A DNA stretch of 64,000 nt from Terriglobia bacterium (GTDB lineage Bacteria > Acidobacteriota > Terriglobia > 20CM-2-55-15), in contig CBDCLE010000003.1 of NCBI GenBank assembly GCA_965218585.1, forward strand, positions 286,125 to 350,124, in the 5' to 3' direction. The notes below the pieces were generated by a model, which searched no databases, was not told where the DNA came from, and saw only the letters and a list, made by a program, of their open reading frames with translations. Positions 21,299 to 34,041 of this stretch are shown here, piece by piece. Numbering within the stretch: the stretch's first letter is position 1; the number at the start of each line of letters is the position of its first letter. The translations under genes were made by a program, and so were the position numbers.

Positions 21299-21850
21299 TT
21301 GCCCAAGCTGTGGTACATCATTCACACCTATTCAGGGTTCGAGAGGAAGGTCGCCGAGAGCCTACGTTCGCGCGTGACGGCTTTCGGTCTGGAAGAAGAA
21401 ATCTGCAATGTCCTGATACCGACCGAGGAGGTCATTGAAGTCAAGGGCGGCAAGCGGGTCATTTCTCAGAAAATGTTCTATCCCGGCTACGTTCTCGTTG
21501 AGATGACGACAACGGATGGTGGCGGACCCAGCGACGAGGCCTGGCATCTGGTCAAGGACACCCCCCGGGTTACGGGTTTTGTGGGCTCCGGTTCATCACC
21601 GACGCCCTTGTCGGAAGAAGAAGTAAAACAGATTGTGTACAGGGTTGAGACGGCTGCAGCGGATCGACCCAAACCCAAGTTGACTTTCGAAAACGGCGAA
21701 GAGGTCAAGATCATCGACGGTCCCTTTAGCAGCTTCACAGGAATTGTTGACGAGGTGAACGACGATCGGAGCACGCTGAAAGTCATGGTCACGATATTCG
21801 GACGGGCGACGCCCGTGGAACTGGATTTCCTGCAGGTAGAGAAAGACTAG
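21299..21850 (+). CDS. nusG: Transcription termination/antitermination factor NusG
   Basis: [21 protein letters not shown] motif [21 protein letters not shown] start inferred. Confidence 0.96.
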   Translation: MPKLWYIIHTYSGFERKVAESLRSRVTAFGLEEEICNVLIPTEEVIEVKGGKRVISQKMFYPGYVLVEMTTTDGGGPSDEAWHLVKDTPRVTGFVGSGSSPTPLSEEEVKQIVYRVETAAADRPKPKLTFENGEEVKIIDGPFSSFTGIVDEVNDDRSTLKVMVTIFGRATPVELDFLQVEKD

Positions 21851-21876
21851 AAAGAGTAGAGAAGATTTAGAGAATT

Positions 21877-22311
21877 ATGGCGAAGAAAATCATCGGTCTC
21901 ATCAAGCTTCAGATTCCCGCAGGAAAGGCGACGCCTGCTCCGCCGGTGGGTCCGGCACTCGGACAGCACGGCGTAGCGATCATGGATTTCTGCAAAGCTT
22001 TCAACGCCAAGACCTCGGAGAAGGATCAAGAAGGGTTGATCATTCCGGTCGTTATTACCGTGTACGCGGACCGTTCCTTCAGTTTCATCACCAAGACACC
22101 TCCTGTGGCCGTGCTGCTGAAGCGCTCGGCTGGGATAGCGAAGGGTTCCGGAGAACCGAACAAGGAGAAGGTCGGTCAGGTGACTGAAAAGCAGGTCGAG
22201 GAGATCGCCCGTACGAAGATGCCTGACCTTAACGCTGCGAGCATTGAGGCGGCTGTTCAAATTATTAAAGGGACAGCGCGGAGCATGGGTCTTGAGGTCG
22301 TAGGAGGCTAG
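21877..22311 (+). CDS. rplK: 50S ribosomal protein L11
   Basis: [22 protein letters not shown]. Confidence 0.98.
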   Translation: MAKKIIGLIKLQIPAGKATPAPPVGPALGQHGVAIMDFCKAFNAKTSEKDQEGLIIPVVITVYADRSFSFITKTPPVAVLLKRSAGIAKGSGEPNKEKVGQVTEKQVEEIARTKMPDLNAASIEAAVQIIKGTARSMGLEVVGG

Positions 22312-22314
22312 GAA

Positions 22315-23010
22315 ATGGCGAAGGCAACCAAGAACTACGGTAAGGCGGCCGAGCAGATCGAAGACCGGATGTATGTCATCGATGAGGCGATCGAGACCCT
22401 CCAGAAGATCAAGTTCGCGAAGTTTGACGAGACAGTCGAACTTCACATGAGGCTCGGGGTTGACCCCAAACATGCGGACCAAATGGTGCGTGGAACTGTC
22501 GTGTTGCCGAATGGGTTGGGCAAGTCCAAGACTGTTTGCGTTATCGCGTCAGGCGAAAAGATTAGAGAAGCAGAGCAAGCTGGTGCCGAGTTTGCGGGTG
22601 GAGACGATCTGGTCGAAAAGATCAAGGGTGGATGGCTTGAATTTGACGCCTGTATTTCGACACCGGACATGATGAAATCCGTCGGTAAACTGGGTCGGGT
22701 TCTGGGTCCACGAGGTCTCATGCCAAACCCGAAAACGGGAACTGTGACTTTCGAAGTGGCGAAGGCTGTCGAAGAAGTCAAAGCTGGCAAGGTGGAATAC
22801 CGAGTCGACAAGACCGGCGTCATCCACGCCCCTTTCGGTAAAGTTTCGTTCGACCATTCGAAGCTGGTTGAGAACGTACGTACTTTGACTGAATCCATTG
22901 TCAAAGCGCGTCCGACGACTCTGAAAGGCAAGTACGTCCGTCGCGTAACCGTGGCGACCACGATGAGTCCCGGCATCGACATCGACCCGGCCTCAGTCGA
23001 CGCCAAATGA
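22315..23010 (+). CDS. rplA: 50S ribosomal protein L1
   Basis: [23 protein letters not shown]. Confidence 0.98.
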   Translation: MAKATKNYGKAAEQIEDRMYVIDEAIETLQKIKFAKFDETVELHMRLGVDPKHADQMVRGTVVLPNGLGKSKTVCVIASGEKIREAEQAGAEFAGGDDLVEKIKGGWLEFDACISTPDMMKSVGKLGRVLGPRGLMPNPKTGTVTFEVAKAVEEVKAGKVEYRVDKTGVIHAPFGKVSFDHSKLVENVRTLTESIVKARPTTLKGKYVRRVTVATTMSPGIDIDPASVDAK

Positions 23011-23058
23011 ACGGATGAACTCAGCAATCACCCGTTACTTATTTCAGGCGAGGGAATT

Positions 23059-23592
23059 GTGAAATCGAGGAAAGAGAAAGAAGACGAAGTCCAACACTTG
23101 AAGAAAGAGTTCACCGAGGCGGAGAACCTCGTAGTCGTTCAGTTCAAAGGACTCAGCGTCGAGCAGGATACGGACCTTCGAAACAAGGTGCGCGAGGCGG
23201 ACAGCAAGTACAGGGTCGTCAAGAACAGGCTGGCCAAGATTTCGGCCGACGGAACACCGGTCGAGGAGTTGGCGGCTTCATTCGACGGACCCACAGCGAT
23301 CGCCTACAACTCGGGTGATCCCGTCGCTCTCGCTAAGGCGTTGTCAGCCTACGCGAAGGCGAATCCGGTTTTCGAGTTCAAGGCGGGCATGGTCGAAGGT
23401 CGTGTGGTCGAGATTTCAACCCTGGCCGAAATTGCTGCGATGCCTTCCCACGAAGAACTGATCGCGAAGGTGATGTACCTGGTCAACGCACCGGCGCAGA
23501 GGATTGCAGTTGGCGTCAATGCCGTTGTTCGGAACCTTGCCGTCGCTTTGGGACAGGCCGTCGAACAGGAAAAATTTGGAGCGGATGCCTGA
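23059..23592 (+). CDS. rplJ: 50S ribosomal protein L10
   Basis: VVKNRLA and GPTAIAY motifs; position. Confidence 0.96.
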   Translation: MKSRKEKEDEVQHLKKEFTEAENLVVVQFKGLSVEQDTDLRNKVREADSKYRVVKNRLAKISADGTPVEELAASFDGPTAIAYNSGDPVALAKALSAYAKANPVFEFKAGMVEGRVVEISTLAEIAAMPSHEELIAKVMYLVNAPAQRIAVGVNAVVRNLAVALGQAVEQEKFGADA

Positions 23593-23689
23593 TTTCTCAA
23601 GAGCTATGAGGATCGTAGAGGCAAATTAATACTTTGGGAAACCGGGTTTTACCCTGAATTTCCCCGCATTCATCAATCAGGAGAATCGC

Positions 23690-24070
23690 ATGTCGGACAA
23701 AGTAGCTAGCATCATCGAAGAGATCAAAGGCCTTTCGCTGCTGGAGGCTTCCGAGTTGGTTAAGGGAATCGAGGAAGCTTTCGGTGTCAGCGCGGCTGCG
23801 GCCGCTGTCGCAGTGGCTGGGGCTCCTGCCGCAGGCGGCGCGGCAGCGGAAGAAGAAAAGACTGAATTCGATGTCGTACTCACGGGCATCGGTGGCAACA
23901 AGATTGCCGTGATCAAGGTGGTACGAGAGCTGACAAGTCTGGGTCTCAAGGAAGCTAAGGACCTTGTGGAGGCTGCCCCGAAGGCGGTGAAAGAGGGCGT
24001 GAACAAGGACGAAGCTGAAGAGGCCAAGAAGAAGTTTGAAGAAGCTGGCGCATCAGTAGAAGTTAAGTAA
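23690..24070 (+). CDS. rplL: 50S ribosomal protein L7/L12
   Basis: [19 protein letters not shown]. Confidence 0.98.
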   Translation: MSDKVASIIEEIKGLSLLEASELVKGIEEAFGVSAAAAAVAVAGAPAAGGAAAEEEKTEFDVVLTGIGGNKIAVIKVVRELTSLGLKEAKDLVEAAPKAVKEGVNKDEAEEAKKKFEEAGASVEVK

Positions 24071-24250
24071 AGGCAGTAGAGCAAAGCCGGATCTGAAATC
24101 GGGCATCGATCGCGGGAGCATCCATCGGTTCGTTACCGACAGAATACCTTCCAACGAACGGTCGCGGGTCGCAGAATTGGACTCACCGGGCCGCAGGGTG
24201 GAGTGCGCCCTGCTCCCGGTGCGTTGTCATTTCAGGAGTAAACACCACAA

Positions 24251-27200
24251 ATGGCAGACACTAACACGACGAACACCCAGAGAGAGAGAATCAACTTTTC
24301 GAAGATCAAGACAGCGATCCAGATTCCAAATCTCATCGAGGTGCAGAAGAAGTCCTACGAGCGATTTCTTCAGATGAACATGCTGCCGGACGAGCGGGAA
24401 GATACCGGTCTGCAGGCTGTTTTCAATTCGGTTTTTCCGATATCAGATTTCCGGGGAGTGTCGACTCTTGAGTTCATCAGTTACTCCATAGGGAATTGGG
24501 AGTGCAAGTGCGGGACGTTGAAGGGGCTCCATCATCTTCGTAGCACCTGCCGCTCCTGCGGCAGCATGATTACCACGAATCCGTTTTCGGCGGACAGTAC
24601 GGTAATGTGCCGGCACTGCGGTACTACGAACAAGAACCTGGTGACCTTCTGCCAGAAGTGCGGCGACCCTGTGCAGTTGAAACTCAAGTACGACACTAAC
24701 GAGTGCCAGGCGCGCGGTATGACTTACTCGGCGCCCCTCAAAGTTACGATTCGGCTGACGATTTTCGAAAAGGATCCGGACACAGGCGCCAAGACGATCC
24801 GTGACATCAAGGAGCAAGAAGTCTATTTCGGAGAGATACCGTTGATGACCGAGAACGGTACGTTCATCATTAACGGTACCGAGCGTGTGATCGTCAGCCA
24901 ATTGCACCGCAGTCCGGGTGTTTTCTTCGAATCGACATCGGCTCGCGATTACTTTCTCGGCAAGATCATCCCCTACCGAGGTTCCTGGGTCGAGTTCGAA
25001 TACGAAACTGCGAAGAACATTCTTTATGTCAGGATCGATCGGAAAAGAAAGTTCCTCGCCTCGATTTTCCTTCGGACTCTCGGGCTGAAAAACGACGAAG
25101 AAATCATCCGCAACTTCTACACGATTGACACCATCAAGATCAGTAAAGAGAAGCTGCTCTGGAATTTTTCCCCGACGATTCGCGGAATGCGGATGAGCAA
25201 AGAGATTCGGAATCCCAAGACGAAAGAACTGTTGGCTGGCGCGGGTAGAAAGATTACCCCATCGGTGTTGGCCAACATGAAACAAGCCAAGTTGAAGAAT
25301 TTTGAAGTTACTGCCGAAGACCTTGAAGGAGGGTTCACGGCTGGGGACATTATCGATACCAACACGGGTGAGGTGATCGTTGAGGCCAATAACGAATTGA
25401 CCCCGACGATTATTCGGTCAGTGATGGATGCCGGTGTGCCAGAGATCTCTGTTTTCTTCCCTGAACGTGACGACATCGGTATCGTTTTGAGCCAAACGAT
25501 CAAGAAGGACACGATTAAGACGTCGGAAGAGGCTTTGATCGAAATCTACCGCAAGCTGCGACCTGGCGATCCGCCTACGCTGGAGACAGCCACAAATCTG
25601 TTCCAAGGCATGTTCTTCGATGCTCGCAAATACGACTTTTCGCGGGTCGGCCGTCTCAAGTTCAACATCAAACTGGACATGACGACTCCGCTCGAGAAGA
25701 GGATCCTGGAACCGGCCGACTTTTATGGTGTCATTGCCTACCTCCTGAAGTTGCGCAAGCCCATGGGTCAGGTGGATGACATCGATCATCTCGGTAATCG
25801 GAGAGTCCGCGCGGTCGGGGAGTTGCTCGAGAACCAGTTCCGGATCGGACTCGTAAGAATGGAACGAGCGATCAAGGAAAAGATGTCGGTCTATCAGGAA
25901 ATGATCACGGCGATGCCGCACGATTTGATCAATGCAAAGCCCGTGATCGCAGCGGTGCGTGAATTTTTTGGCTCATCCCAGTTGTCCCAGTTCATGGACC
26001 AGACAAATCCGCTTTCCGAGATTACCCACAAGAGACGTCTCTCAGCCCTGGGTCCGGGCGGATTGTCACGGGAACGAGCGGGATTCGAAGTTCGAGACGT
26101 CCATCCCACGCACTACGGCCGGATATGTCCGATCGAGACTCCGGAAGGACCGAACATCGGATTGATCTCGTCGCTGAGTTGCTACGCGCGGATCAACGAG
26201 TTTGGTTTTATCGAAAGTCCGTATCGAAAGGTGAAAAAAGGGCGGGTCATAGATTACGTGACCATTCTTTCGGCCGGTGGCTCGAAACACGATGTCGGCT
26301 CTCACGTTGAACGGGAGGTCGTAGAGAAAGAGAACGAGTCGTTGAAGGGAAAGAAGAGAATCGAATTCGAACCTTACTCGTTCTATCTCTCTGCATGGGA
26401 GGAAGACGAATACCTGATCGCCCAGGCCAACGTTGAAATGGATGCCAAGGGTCGCATGGTCAACGAACTGGTCAACGTTCGGCAATCGGGCAACTTCGTT
26501 TTGAAACATCGTGAAGAAGTCGACTACGTAGACGTTTCTCCCAAGCAGTTGGTTTCAGTCGCTGCGTCGTTGATTCCTTTCCTGGAGAACGACGACGCCA
26601 ACCGCGCCCTGATGGGATCGAACATGCAACGTCAGGCGGTGCCGTTGCTTCGTACCGACGCGCCGCTGGTGGGCACCGGAATGGAAGAAATCACTGCACG
26701 CGACTCGGGCGCCGTCGTCGTCTGTCGCCGAAGCGGAGTCATCGATTCGGTCGATTCTGAACGGATCATCGTCCGGGTGGAAGGCGCTGAAGAGAGCTTT
26801 TTCTCCAGGGAGGTGGGTGCTGATATTTACTCCCTGACCAAGTTTAAACGTTCCAATCAGAATACGTGCATCAACCAGAAGCCGGTAATTCGGAGAGGAG
26901 ACCGCGTTACTCAAGGGCAAGTACTCGCTGACGGACCGTGTACAGAGCAAGGCGAACTTGCCTTGGGACGAAACATACTGGTCGCCTTCATGCCGTGGCG
27001 GGGATACAACTTTGAGGATGCGATCCTGGTTTCCGAAAGGCTCGTCAAGGACGACTACTACACATCAATTCACATCGAAGAGTTCGATATCGAAGCGAGG
27101 GACACCAAGCTCGGACCGGAAGAGATAACGCGAGACATTCCAAACGTCAGTGAGTCCTTTCTCAATGACCTGGATGAGGCCGGAATTATCCGGATCGGTG

Positions 27201-28534
27201 CCTACGTCAAGCCGGGTGATGTGCTGGTCGGAAAGGTGACTCCGAAAGGAGAGACGCAACTCACGCCCGAGGAGAAATTGCTGCGGGCGATATTCGGTGA
27301 GAAGGCCGGTGACGTGCGCGACGCTTCGCTTATCTGCCCTCCGGGTATCGAAGGCATCGTCGTCGACGTGAACATCTTTTCTCGAAAGGGCGCAGAAAAG
27401 GATGAAAGGGCTGTCTCGATCGAAGAGATCGAGTTGCTGCGCCTGGAGAAGAACCTCCGCGACGAGATCCGAATCTTGACGGACGAGAGAAACAAACGCC
27501 TGGAGCAAAGCCTTGGTGGCAAGACGACTTCGAATCAGTTGGTTCACGATCGGACCGGCCGGAAGATCATTGCAAAGAAGACCGTGTTGACTCGAGAAGT
27601 ACTCGAAAACCTCTCTATGCGTGAACTTCTGAAGCTGAAATTTACAGATGGCTCCAATAACTCCAAGGAGATTCAGGAAATCGAAGGAATGACGACGCGT
27701 CAGATCGACGTGCTTCGAAAGGTTCATGAGGATCGTATCTCCAAGCTGAGGCGAGGCGACGAACTGCCTCCGGGAGTGATCAAGCTGGTCAAGGTTTATG
27801 TCGCGATGAAGCGAAAGCTTTCGGTCGGAGACAAGATGGCGGGCCGTCACGGGAACAAGGGTGTGATTGCGCGCATCCTGCCTGAGGAAGACATGCCTTA
27901 TCTGCCGGATGGCACACCGGTAGAGATCGTTTTGAATCCGCTGGGTGTACCGTCTCGAATGAACGTTGGACAGATTCTCGAGACGCACCTGGGGTGGGCT
28001 GCTCATGCCCTGGGTCTGCACTACGCGACACCGGTTTTCGACGGCGCCACGGAAGCCGAGATCAAGTCGGTGCTCGAGGACGCCAATTTGCCAACCAGCG
28101 GGAAGACACGACTTTACGACGGATTGTCGGGTGAACCGTTCGAGCAGGAAGTGACAGTGGGATACATCTATATGCTTAAGCTGTCCCACCTCGTTGACGA
28201 CAAGATTCACGCGCGCTCGATCGGCCCCTACTCGTTGATTACTCAGCAGCCTCTGGGTGGTAAGGCTCAGTTTGGCGGACAGCGTTTCGGTGAAATGGAG
28301 GTTTGGGCTCTGGAGGCGTATGGCGCAGCTCACATACTCCAGGAACTGCTGACTTCTAAATCCGACGATGTCTTTGGACGTACAAAAATCTATGAGGCGA
28401 TCGTCAAGGGTGAGGCAGCGATTGAACCTGGAATCCCAGAGTCCTTCAACGTGCTGATTAGAGAGCTCCAGAGCTTGTGTCTCGACGTCGAGTTGTTGAA
28501 GCGGAAACCGTCGAGTTCAGCGGGAAGTAATTGA
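24251..28534 (+). CDS. rpoB: RNA polymerase beta subunit
   Basis: [31 protein letters not shown]. Carries an N-terminal 8-Cys insert. Confidence 0.99.
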   Translation: MADTNTTNTQRERINFSKIKTAIQIPNLIEVQKKSYERFLQMNMLPDEREDTGLQAVFNSVFPISDFRGVSTLEFISYSIGNWECKCGTLKGLHHLRSTCRSCGSMITTNPFSADSTVMCRHCGTTNKNLVTFCQKCGDPVQLKLKYDTNECQARGMTYSAPLKVTIRLTIFEKDPDTGAKTIRDIKEQEVYFGEIPLMTENGTFIINGTERVIVSQLHRSPGVFFESTSARDYFLGKIIPYRGSWVEFEYETAKNILYVRIDRKRKFLASIFLRTLGLKNDEEIIRNFYTIDTIKISKEKLLWNFSPTIRGMRMSKEIRNPKTKELLAGAGRKITPSVLANMKQAKLKNFEVTAEDLEGGFTAGDIIDTNTGEVIVEANNELTPTIIRSVMDAGVPEISVFFPERDDIGIVLSQTIKKDTIKTSEEALIEIYRKLRPGDPPTLETATNLFQGMFFDARKYDFSRVGRLKFNIKLDMTTPLEKRILEPADFYGVIAYLLKLRKPMGQVDDIDHLGNRRVRAVGELLENQFRIGLVRMERAIKEKMSVYQEMITAMPHDLINAKPVIAAVREFFGSSQLSQFMDQTNPLSEITHKRRLSALGPGGLSRERAGFEVRDVHPTHYGRICPIETPEGPNIGLISSLSCYARINEFGFIESPYRKVKKGRVIDYVTILSAGGSKHDVGSHVEREVVEKENESLKGKKRIEFEPYSFYLSAWEEDEYLIAQANVEMDAKGRMVNELVNVRQSGNFVLKHREEVDYVDVSPKQLVSVAASLIPFLENDDANRALMGSNMQRQAVPLLRTDAPLVGTGMEEITARDSGAVVVCRRSGVIDSVDSERIIVRVEGAEESFFSREVGADIYSLTKFKRSNQNTCINQKPVIRRGDRVTQGQVLADGPCTEQGELALGRNILVAFMPWRGYNFEDAILVSERLVKDDYYTSIHIEEFDIEARDTKLGPEEITRDIPNVSESFLNDLDEAGIIRIGAYVKPGDVLVGKVTPKGETQLTPEEKLLRAIFGEKAGDVRDASLICPPGIEGIVVDVNIFSRKGAEKDERAVSIEEIELLRLEKNLRDEIRILTDERNKRLEQSLGGKTTSNQLVHDRTGRKIIAKKTVLTREVLENLSMRELLKLKFTDGSNNSKEIQEIEGMTTRQIDVLRKVHEDRISKLRRGDELPPGVIKLVKVYVAMKRKLSVGDKMAGRHGNKGVIARILPEEDMPYLPDGTPVEIVLNPLGVPSRMNVGQILETHLGWAAHALGLHYATPVFDGATEAEIKSVLEDANLPTSGKTRLYDGLSGEPFEQEVTVGYIYMLKLSHLVDDKIHARSIGPYSLITQQPLGGKAQFGGQRFGEMEVWALEAYGAAHILQELLTSKSDDVFGRTKIYEAIVKGEAAIEPGIPESFNVLIRELQSLCLDVELLKRKPSSSAGSN

Positions 28535-28610
28535 AGAAGCGTTTGTGAAATTCCGGTGCGGCGATGAGCCGCACGTCTGAGTCTGTTTCTCCTTCGAGGA
28601 GGTAATTGCT

Positions 28611-31600
28611 TTGATCAGATCCAATCCCTACGAGAGAGTGGCACCGATCGCCGACTTTGACAGCATACGGATTAGTCTCGCATCCCCGGAAAAAGTTCGA
28701 TCATGGTCCCACGGTGAGGTGACCAAGCCCGAAACGATCAACTATCGGACCTTCAAACCCGAAAAGGACGGGCTGTTTTGTGCCCGCATCTTCGGTCCGG
28801 TAACTGATTGGGAGTGCTTGTGCGGCAAGTATAAGCGGATGAAGCACCGAGGCATTATCTGTGACAAGTGTGGTGTCGAAGTCACGCTTTCCAAAGTTCG
28901 GAGGGAGCGTCTGGGACACATCGAGCTTGCCAGTCCTTGCTCACACGTCTGGTTCTTCAAGGGACTTCCGAGCAGGATTGGGCATCTCCTCGATATGTCG
29001 CTGCGGGAATTGGAACGGGTCCTCTACTTTGAGGCTTACGTAACAGTCGATCCGGGAGAAGCCCCCCTCAAGGAGTGCGAACTTCTGACCGAAGAGAAAT
29101 TCCGGCAGATGCAACAGGAACACCCGGGTAAGTTCGTGGCAATGATGGGCGCAGAGGCCATCAAGGAACTGCTCAAGAGAGTCGACATCGCCACGCTGTC
29201 GGAGGAACTGCGGGTCAAGATGAAGCATGAGACTTCGCAGCAAAAGAAGATCAAGTTTGCGAAGCGACTGAAGGTTGTTGAAGCATTCGTCAAGTCCGGC
29301 AACAAACCGGAGTGGATGATCCTGGACGTTCTTCCGGTGATCCCGCCCGAGCTCAGACCGCTGGTTCCTCTGGATGGCGGGCGGTTTGCGACCTCCGATC
29401 TGAACGACCTCTATCGCAGAGTGATCAACCGAAACAACCGACTCAAGAAACTGATCGAGCTTCACGCGCCGGAAGTCATCGTTCGTAACGAGAAACGAAT
29501 GCTGCAGGAGGCTGTTGACGCGCTCTTCGACAACGGGCGTCGCGGCCGTATCCTGCGGGGAGCGAACAACCGCCCCCTCAAGTCTCTTTCAGACACACTC
29601 AAAGGCAAGCAGGGACGGTTCCGGCAGAACCTGCTAGGGAAACGAGTCGATTACTCAGGTCGTTCCGTCATTGTGGTCGGCCCCGAACTGAAACTCCACC
29701 AGTGTGGTCTGCCCAAGAAGATGGCGCTAGAGCTGTTCAAGCCGTTTATTTACAACCGCTTGGAACAGGGCGGCCACTGCACTACGGTGAAGGCAGCCAA
29801 GGAAATGGTTGAACGCTACGATCCAGTTGTGTGGGACATACTTGAGGATGTCATCAAGGAGCACCCTGTTTTGCTCAATCGTGCGCCCACGCTGCACCGG
29901 TTGGGAATTCAGGCCTTCGAGCCAGTCCTGGTTGAAGGGAAGGCCATCAAGATCCATCCGTTGGTATGTACAGCATTCAATGCGGACTTTGACGGGGACC
30001 AGATGGCGGTTCACATTCCGCTGTCGCCGGAAGCACAGATCGAGGCATCAGTGCTGATGCTGTCAACGAACAATCTTCTGTCCCCGGCTAGCGGCCAACC
30101 GATCGCCGTTCCGACGCAGGACATGGTTCTGGGTGTCTACTACCTGACCCGTGCCAAAGAAGGCACACGCGGCGAAGGGCGCACGTTCGGTTCGGTTGAA
30201 GACGTCCTTATGGCGTATGAGGCCGGACAGGTGGAAACTCAATCGCCTATCCGGTTGAGATACACAGGCTCTCTTATCGACATGACGACGGCCTATGACC
30301 CGCAGGCGATCGCCGCGGAAGCACTTGACGTCGAGAACCGGATGCTCGAAACCACGGTGGGCCGGGTGATCCTGTTCGATCACCTTCCCGAAGGCCTGCC
30401 CTTCGTCAACGGATTGTTGAAGAAGAAGGGACTTGGGCAGCTGGTCAGCTATACGCACTTGCGCCATGGGGCCGAAATGACGGTGACCATGGTGGATCAC
30501 GTCAAACAGCTTGGGTTTAACTACGCAACGAAAGCAGGAATTTCGATCGGCATCAACGATCTTATCGTTCCGCCGGGGAAAAGCGAATTCGTCAGTAACG
30601 CGCAGAAAGAAGTTGTTCGAGTGGATTCTCAGTACCGGGATGGAGCTATCACCAACGGTGAGCGTTACAACAAGGTGATCGCGATCTGGTCGGACGTCAC
30701 CGAAAAGATATCCGACATGATGTTCAACGAAATGGAAACGACTGAACGACAGAGCCATGACTTCAATCCGATTCTTCTGATGGCCGACTCCGGAGCCCGG
30801 GGATCCAAGCAACAGATCCGGCAGCTTGCCGGAATGCGTGGCCTGATGGCGAAACCTTCCGGCGAGATCATCGAGACTCCCATCACGGCGAACTTCCGCG
30901 AAGGTCTCCATGTGTTGCAGTACTTCATATCGACACACGGAGCGCGAAAGGGATTGGCCGATACGGCATTGAAGACGGCCGATTCCGGATATCTGACACG
31001 CCGTCTTGTCGATGTGGCCCAGGATGTGATTGTCAGTGAAGACGACTGCGGCACGGTCGATGGGATTTTCGTCGGATCGATCGTTGAGTCGGGTGAAATC
31101 ATCGAGCCCCTGCGGGATCGCATTATCGGTCGTGTTTCGCTGGAAAGGGTCAAAGACTACGAAGGCAAAACGATAGTCGACGTCAACAACGAGATCACGG
31201 AGGACCTTGCCAGTTCTATTCAGGCCGCGGGCATCGAGCGCGTAAAGATCCGGTCTGTGCTGACGTGCGAGTCCCGCCGCGGCGTCTGTGTCCGGTGCTA
31301 CGGTCGTAACTTGGCGACAGGTGATCTTGTCGAAATCGGCGAAGCGGTTGGTGTGATTGCAGCGCAGTCAATAGGTGAGCCCGGGACGCAGCTGACGATG
31401 AGAACTTTCCATATCGGCGGCACTGCCAGTCGCGTGTCCGAGCAGACGAACCTGGAAGCGAAGAACATGGGCATCGTCAAGTTCCATGACCTTCAAACGG
31501 TTCGTGACAAGTCAGGCTTCTTGATCGCGATGAACAGAAACGGTGTGCTCGCTATCGTCGATGAGAAAGGGCGAGAAAAAGAGCGCTACACGATCGTGTA

Positions 31601-32786
31601 TGGTGCCCAGCTGAAAGTCGACGAGGACCAGGAAGTGGAAGAGGGTGCAGTGTTGGTTGAATGGGATCCATACACCTTTGCGATTCTGACAGAGTTTGGA
31701 GGAACAGTTCAGTTCAAGGACCTCGTCGAAGGCTTGACGATGCACGAGGAACTCGATGAGGTGACTGGACTGTCACGCTGGGTTGTGACCGATTCTCCGG
31801 ACGAGAAACGTCAGCCTACGCTCCAGATCCGAGACAAGAACAACAAGCTGCTGAGAAAGTACCTGATTCCTTCTCGGGCGCACCTCATTGTAGGTGACGG
31901 TGATCCCGTGCATCAGGGAGACGTGCTGGCGAAGATCCCTCGTGAAACCACGAAGACGAAAGACATTACCGGGGGATTGCCCAGAGTTCAGGAATTGTTT
32001 GAAGCGCGTAAGCCGAAGGAGACGGCCGTCATTACAGAGATCGACGGCATGGTCAAGTACGGTGACATCACGAAGGGCCAACGTAAGATTTCTGTCGTTA
32101 ACGAGGGAGGAGTGGAACGCGAATATTCACTACCTCGGGGCGTACACATCAACGTGCAGGAAGGCGAGTACGTTCGAGCGGGAGAGCCGCTGATGGACGG
32201 CCCTCGGAATCCTCACGACATTCTGGCCGTTCTTGGTGAAAAAGAACTGCAAGGTTACCTGGTGAACGAAGTTCAGGAGGTTTACCGGCTTCAGGGTGTC
32301 AACATCAACGACAAACACATCGAGGTCATCGTGCGTCAGATGATGAGATGGATCAAAGTCGAAGAGGTGGGAGATACCAGTTTCCTGATTGACGAACAGG
32401 TGGACCGTTTCCGTTTCCAGGAAGAAAACGAACGTGTTCGTACGGGCGGAGGAGAGCCGGCGTCCGGTCGACCCTTGCTGTTGGGCATCACGAAGGCCTC
32501 TCTGGCGACGGATTCGTTTATATCGGCAGCCTCCTTCCAGGAGACGACCCGGGTGTTGACCGAAGCTTCGATCAGGGGAAAGGTGGACTATCTCCGGGGT
32601 CTGAAGGAGAACGTCATCATGGGTCGGCTGATCCCTGCCGGTACGGGGCTCGATTATTACCGAAACGTGTTTCTCGCTAACGAGGAAGAGCCCGAAGAGT
32701 TGCTTCTCGACGAGCTCGAAGTGCTTGATCAGCCAGATCGGCCACAAGATCAGACGGATTCGGGCGGGAAATCCGTCGCGACATAA
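28611..32786 (+). CDS. rpoC: RNA polymerase beta' subunit
   Basis: NADFDGD catalytic motif; CLCGKYK zinc finger. Confidence 0.99.
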   Translation: MIRSNPYERVAPIADFDSIRISLASPEKVRSWSHGEVTKPETINYRTFKPEKDGLFCARIFGPVTDWECLCGKYKRMKHRGIICDKCGVEVTLSKVRRERLGHIELASPCSHVWFFKGLPSRIGHLLDMSLRELERVLYFEAYVTVDPGEAPLKECELLTEEKFRQMQQEHPGKFVAMMGAEAIKELLKRVDIATLSEELRVKMKHETSQQKKIKFAKRLKVVEAFVKSGNKPEWMILDVLPVIPPELRPLVPLDGGRFATSDLNDLYRRVINRNNRLKKLIELHAPEVIVRNEKRMLQEAVDALFDNGRRGRILRGANNRPLKSLSDTLKGKQGRFRQNLLGKRVDYSGRSVIVVGPELKLHQCGLPKKMALELFKPFIYNRLEQGGHCTTVKAAKEMVERYDPVVWDILEDVIKEHPVLLNRAPTLHRLGIQAFEPVLVEGKAIKIHPLVCTAFNADFDGDQMAVHIPLSPEAQIEASVLMLSTNNLLSPASGQPIAVPTQDMVLGVYYLTRAKEGTRGEGRTFGSVEDVLMAYEAGQVETQSPIRLRYTGSLIDMTTAYDPQAIAAEALDVENRMLETTVGRVILFDHLPEGLPFVNGLLKKKGLGQLVSYTHLRHGAEMTVTMVDHVKQLGFNYATKAGISIGINDLIVPPGKSEFVSNAQKEVVRVDSQYRDGAITNGERYNKVIAIWSDVTEKISDMMFNEMETTERQSHDFNPILLMADSGARGSKQQIRQLAGMRGLMAKPSGEIIETPITANFREGLHVLQYFISTHGARKGLADTALKTADSGYLTRRLVDVAQDVIVSEDDCGTVDGIFVGSIVESGEIIEPLRDRIIGRVSLERVKDYEGKTIVDVNNEITEDLASSIQAAGIERVKIRSVLTCESRRGVCVRCYGRNLATGDLVEIGEAVGVIAAQSIGEPGTQLTMRTFHIGGTASRVSEQTNLEAKNMGIVKFHDLQTVRDKSGFLIAMNRNGVLAIVDEKGREKERYTIVYGAQLKVDEDQEVEEGAVLVEWDPYTFAILTEFGGTVQFKDLVEGLTMHEELDEVTGLSRWVVTDSPDEKRQPTLQIRDKNNKLLRKYLIPSRAHLIVGDGDPVHQGDVLAKIPRETTKTKDITGGLPRVQELFEARKPKETAVITEIDGMVKYGDITKGQRKISVVNEGGVEREYSLPRGVHINVQEGEYVRAGEPLMDGPRNPHDILAVLGEKELQGYLVNEVQEVYRLQGVNINDKHIEVIVRQMMRWIKVEEVGDTSFLIDEQVDRFRFQEENERVRTGGGEPASGRPLLLGITKASLATDSFISAASFQETTRVLTEASIRGKVDYLRGLKENVIMGRLIPAGTGLDYYRNVFLANEEEPEELLLDELEVLDQPDRPQDQTDSGGKSVAT

Positions 32787-32961
32787 CGGTCCGGGCCCGT
32801 GTGTGTGTGGTGTAAGCTGTTATAAAAAAATAAGTTAGCTGTGATTCGGGTCCCGCTCGCCGGGGCCCTTTGATTGAAAGGGGTGGGCGGGGACGGGCTG
32901 GGGACCCCAGAGATGGCCTCGGGTATCTTCCGGTCTGCAAGTTTTTTTGGAAGTGCATGGA

Positions 32962-32991
32962 TTGACAAGCACTTATCCAATCAAATACTAT
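32962..32991 (+). promoter_or_regulatory. Putative sigma70 promoter of the str operon
   Basis: TTGACA-18 nt-TACTAT upstream of rpsL. Confidence 0.65.
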
Positions 32992-33057
32992 TAATAACTT
33001 TCCCCTAAGGGTGGTTTTGCCACAGGGGGCGGCGAAGAGTTAAGGAGTTAAAGCCTC

Positions 33058-33432
33058 GTGCCAACGTTCAATCAGCTGGTTCGACAGGGCCGGAAGAAGC
33101 CAAAATTCAAGACGAGCAGTCCTGCACTACAGAATTGCCCGCAGAAGCGTGGTGTATGCACGCGCGTTTACACATCCACGCCGAAGAAGCCGAATTCAGC
33201 TTTGCGCAAGGTGGCCCGGGTCCGGTTGACGAATGGGATCGAGGTAACGACCTACATCCCTGGAATAGGGCACAATCTTCAGGAGCACTCCATCGTTTTG
33301 ATTCGCGGTGGCCGCGTAAAGGATTTACCAGGTGTTCGATACCACGTTGTCCGTGGCACATTGGACGCTGCGGGTGTGACAGGCCGCAAGCAGTCGCGTT
33401 CGAAATACGGGGCGAAACGACCGAAGGCTTAA
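33058..33432 (+). CDS. rpsL: 30S ribosomal protein S12
   Basis: [21 protein letters not shown]. Confidence 0.99.
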   Translation: MPTFNQLVRQGRKKPKFKTSSPALQNCPQKRGVCTRVYTSTPKKPNSALRKVARVRLTNGIEVTTYIPGIGHNLQEHSIVLIRGGRVKDLPGVRYHVVRGTLDAAGVTGRKQSRSKYGAKRPKA

Positions 33433-33558
33433 GACTGCCAAGGTAAGGGGCCTGCTACCAGGATCTACTCCTGGCTATAGGTCCCTCATGATTCGTCAAT
33501 AAAGTTTGCCGAAAGGCAGCGACTTCCTGAATTTTGAGGAAGTCGTTTTGAGGTTTGT

Positions 33559-34029
33559 ATGCCCAGAAAAGCGCACATCGTTCGTCGCGAGATCCTGCCG
33601 GATCCGGTCTATTCGAGCACTCTGGTAACGAAGTTTGTCAACCAGATGATGTGGGGAGGAAAGAAGAGCGTTGCGCAGCAGATTTTCTACAGCGCACTGA
33701 AGATCGTCGAAAACAAAGTCGGCGATGATCCGCTGAAAGTGTTCAAGAAGGCTGTCGAGAATGTGAAGCCCGTTCTGGAAGTGAAGTCGCGCCGCGTGGG
33801 GGGGTCAACCTACCAGGTCCCGCTCGAGGTGACGACCCTTCGAAGGACTTCGCTTAGTATTCGTTGGCTCATCGGCTATTCGAGGTCCAGGGGTGAGAAA
33901 TCGATGGAAGAAAAGCTTGCCGGTGAGTTGCTCGATGCCGCTAACAACCGTGGCAATGCTATCAAGAAAAAGGAAGACACACACCGCATGGCGGAAGCGA
34001 ACAAAGCATTCGCTCACTATCGCTGGTAA
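33559..34029 (+). CDS. rpsG: 30S ribosomal protein S7
   Basis: [23 protein letters not shown]. Confidence 0.99.
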   Translation: MPRKAHIVRREILPDPVYSSTLVTKFVNQMMWGGKKSVAQQIFYSALKIVENKVGDDPLKVFKKAVENVKPVLEVKSRRVGGSTYQVPLEVTTLRRTSLSIRWLIGYSRSRGEKSMEEKLAGELLDAANNRGNAIKKKEDTHRMAEANKAFAHYRW

Positions 34030-34041
34030 TCGGATCAGATC

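Noticed and set aside
23011-23058. L10 leader upstream of rplJ
   Set aside because: The spacer is only 48 nt and the conserved leader structure is not recognisable.
27065-28333. Long antisense ORFs over rpoB, rpoC, tuf and ribosomal genes (e.g. 422 aa here, 389 aa at 49310-50479)
   Set aside because: Shadow frames of conserved genes with no recognisable motifs.
32812-32840. taag...AT-rich...tta motif (similar at 10830-10850 and 60025-60047)
   Set aside because: Copies are too divergent to define a repeat or a dif-like site by eye.
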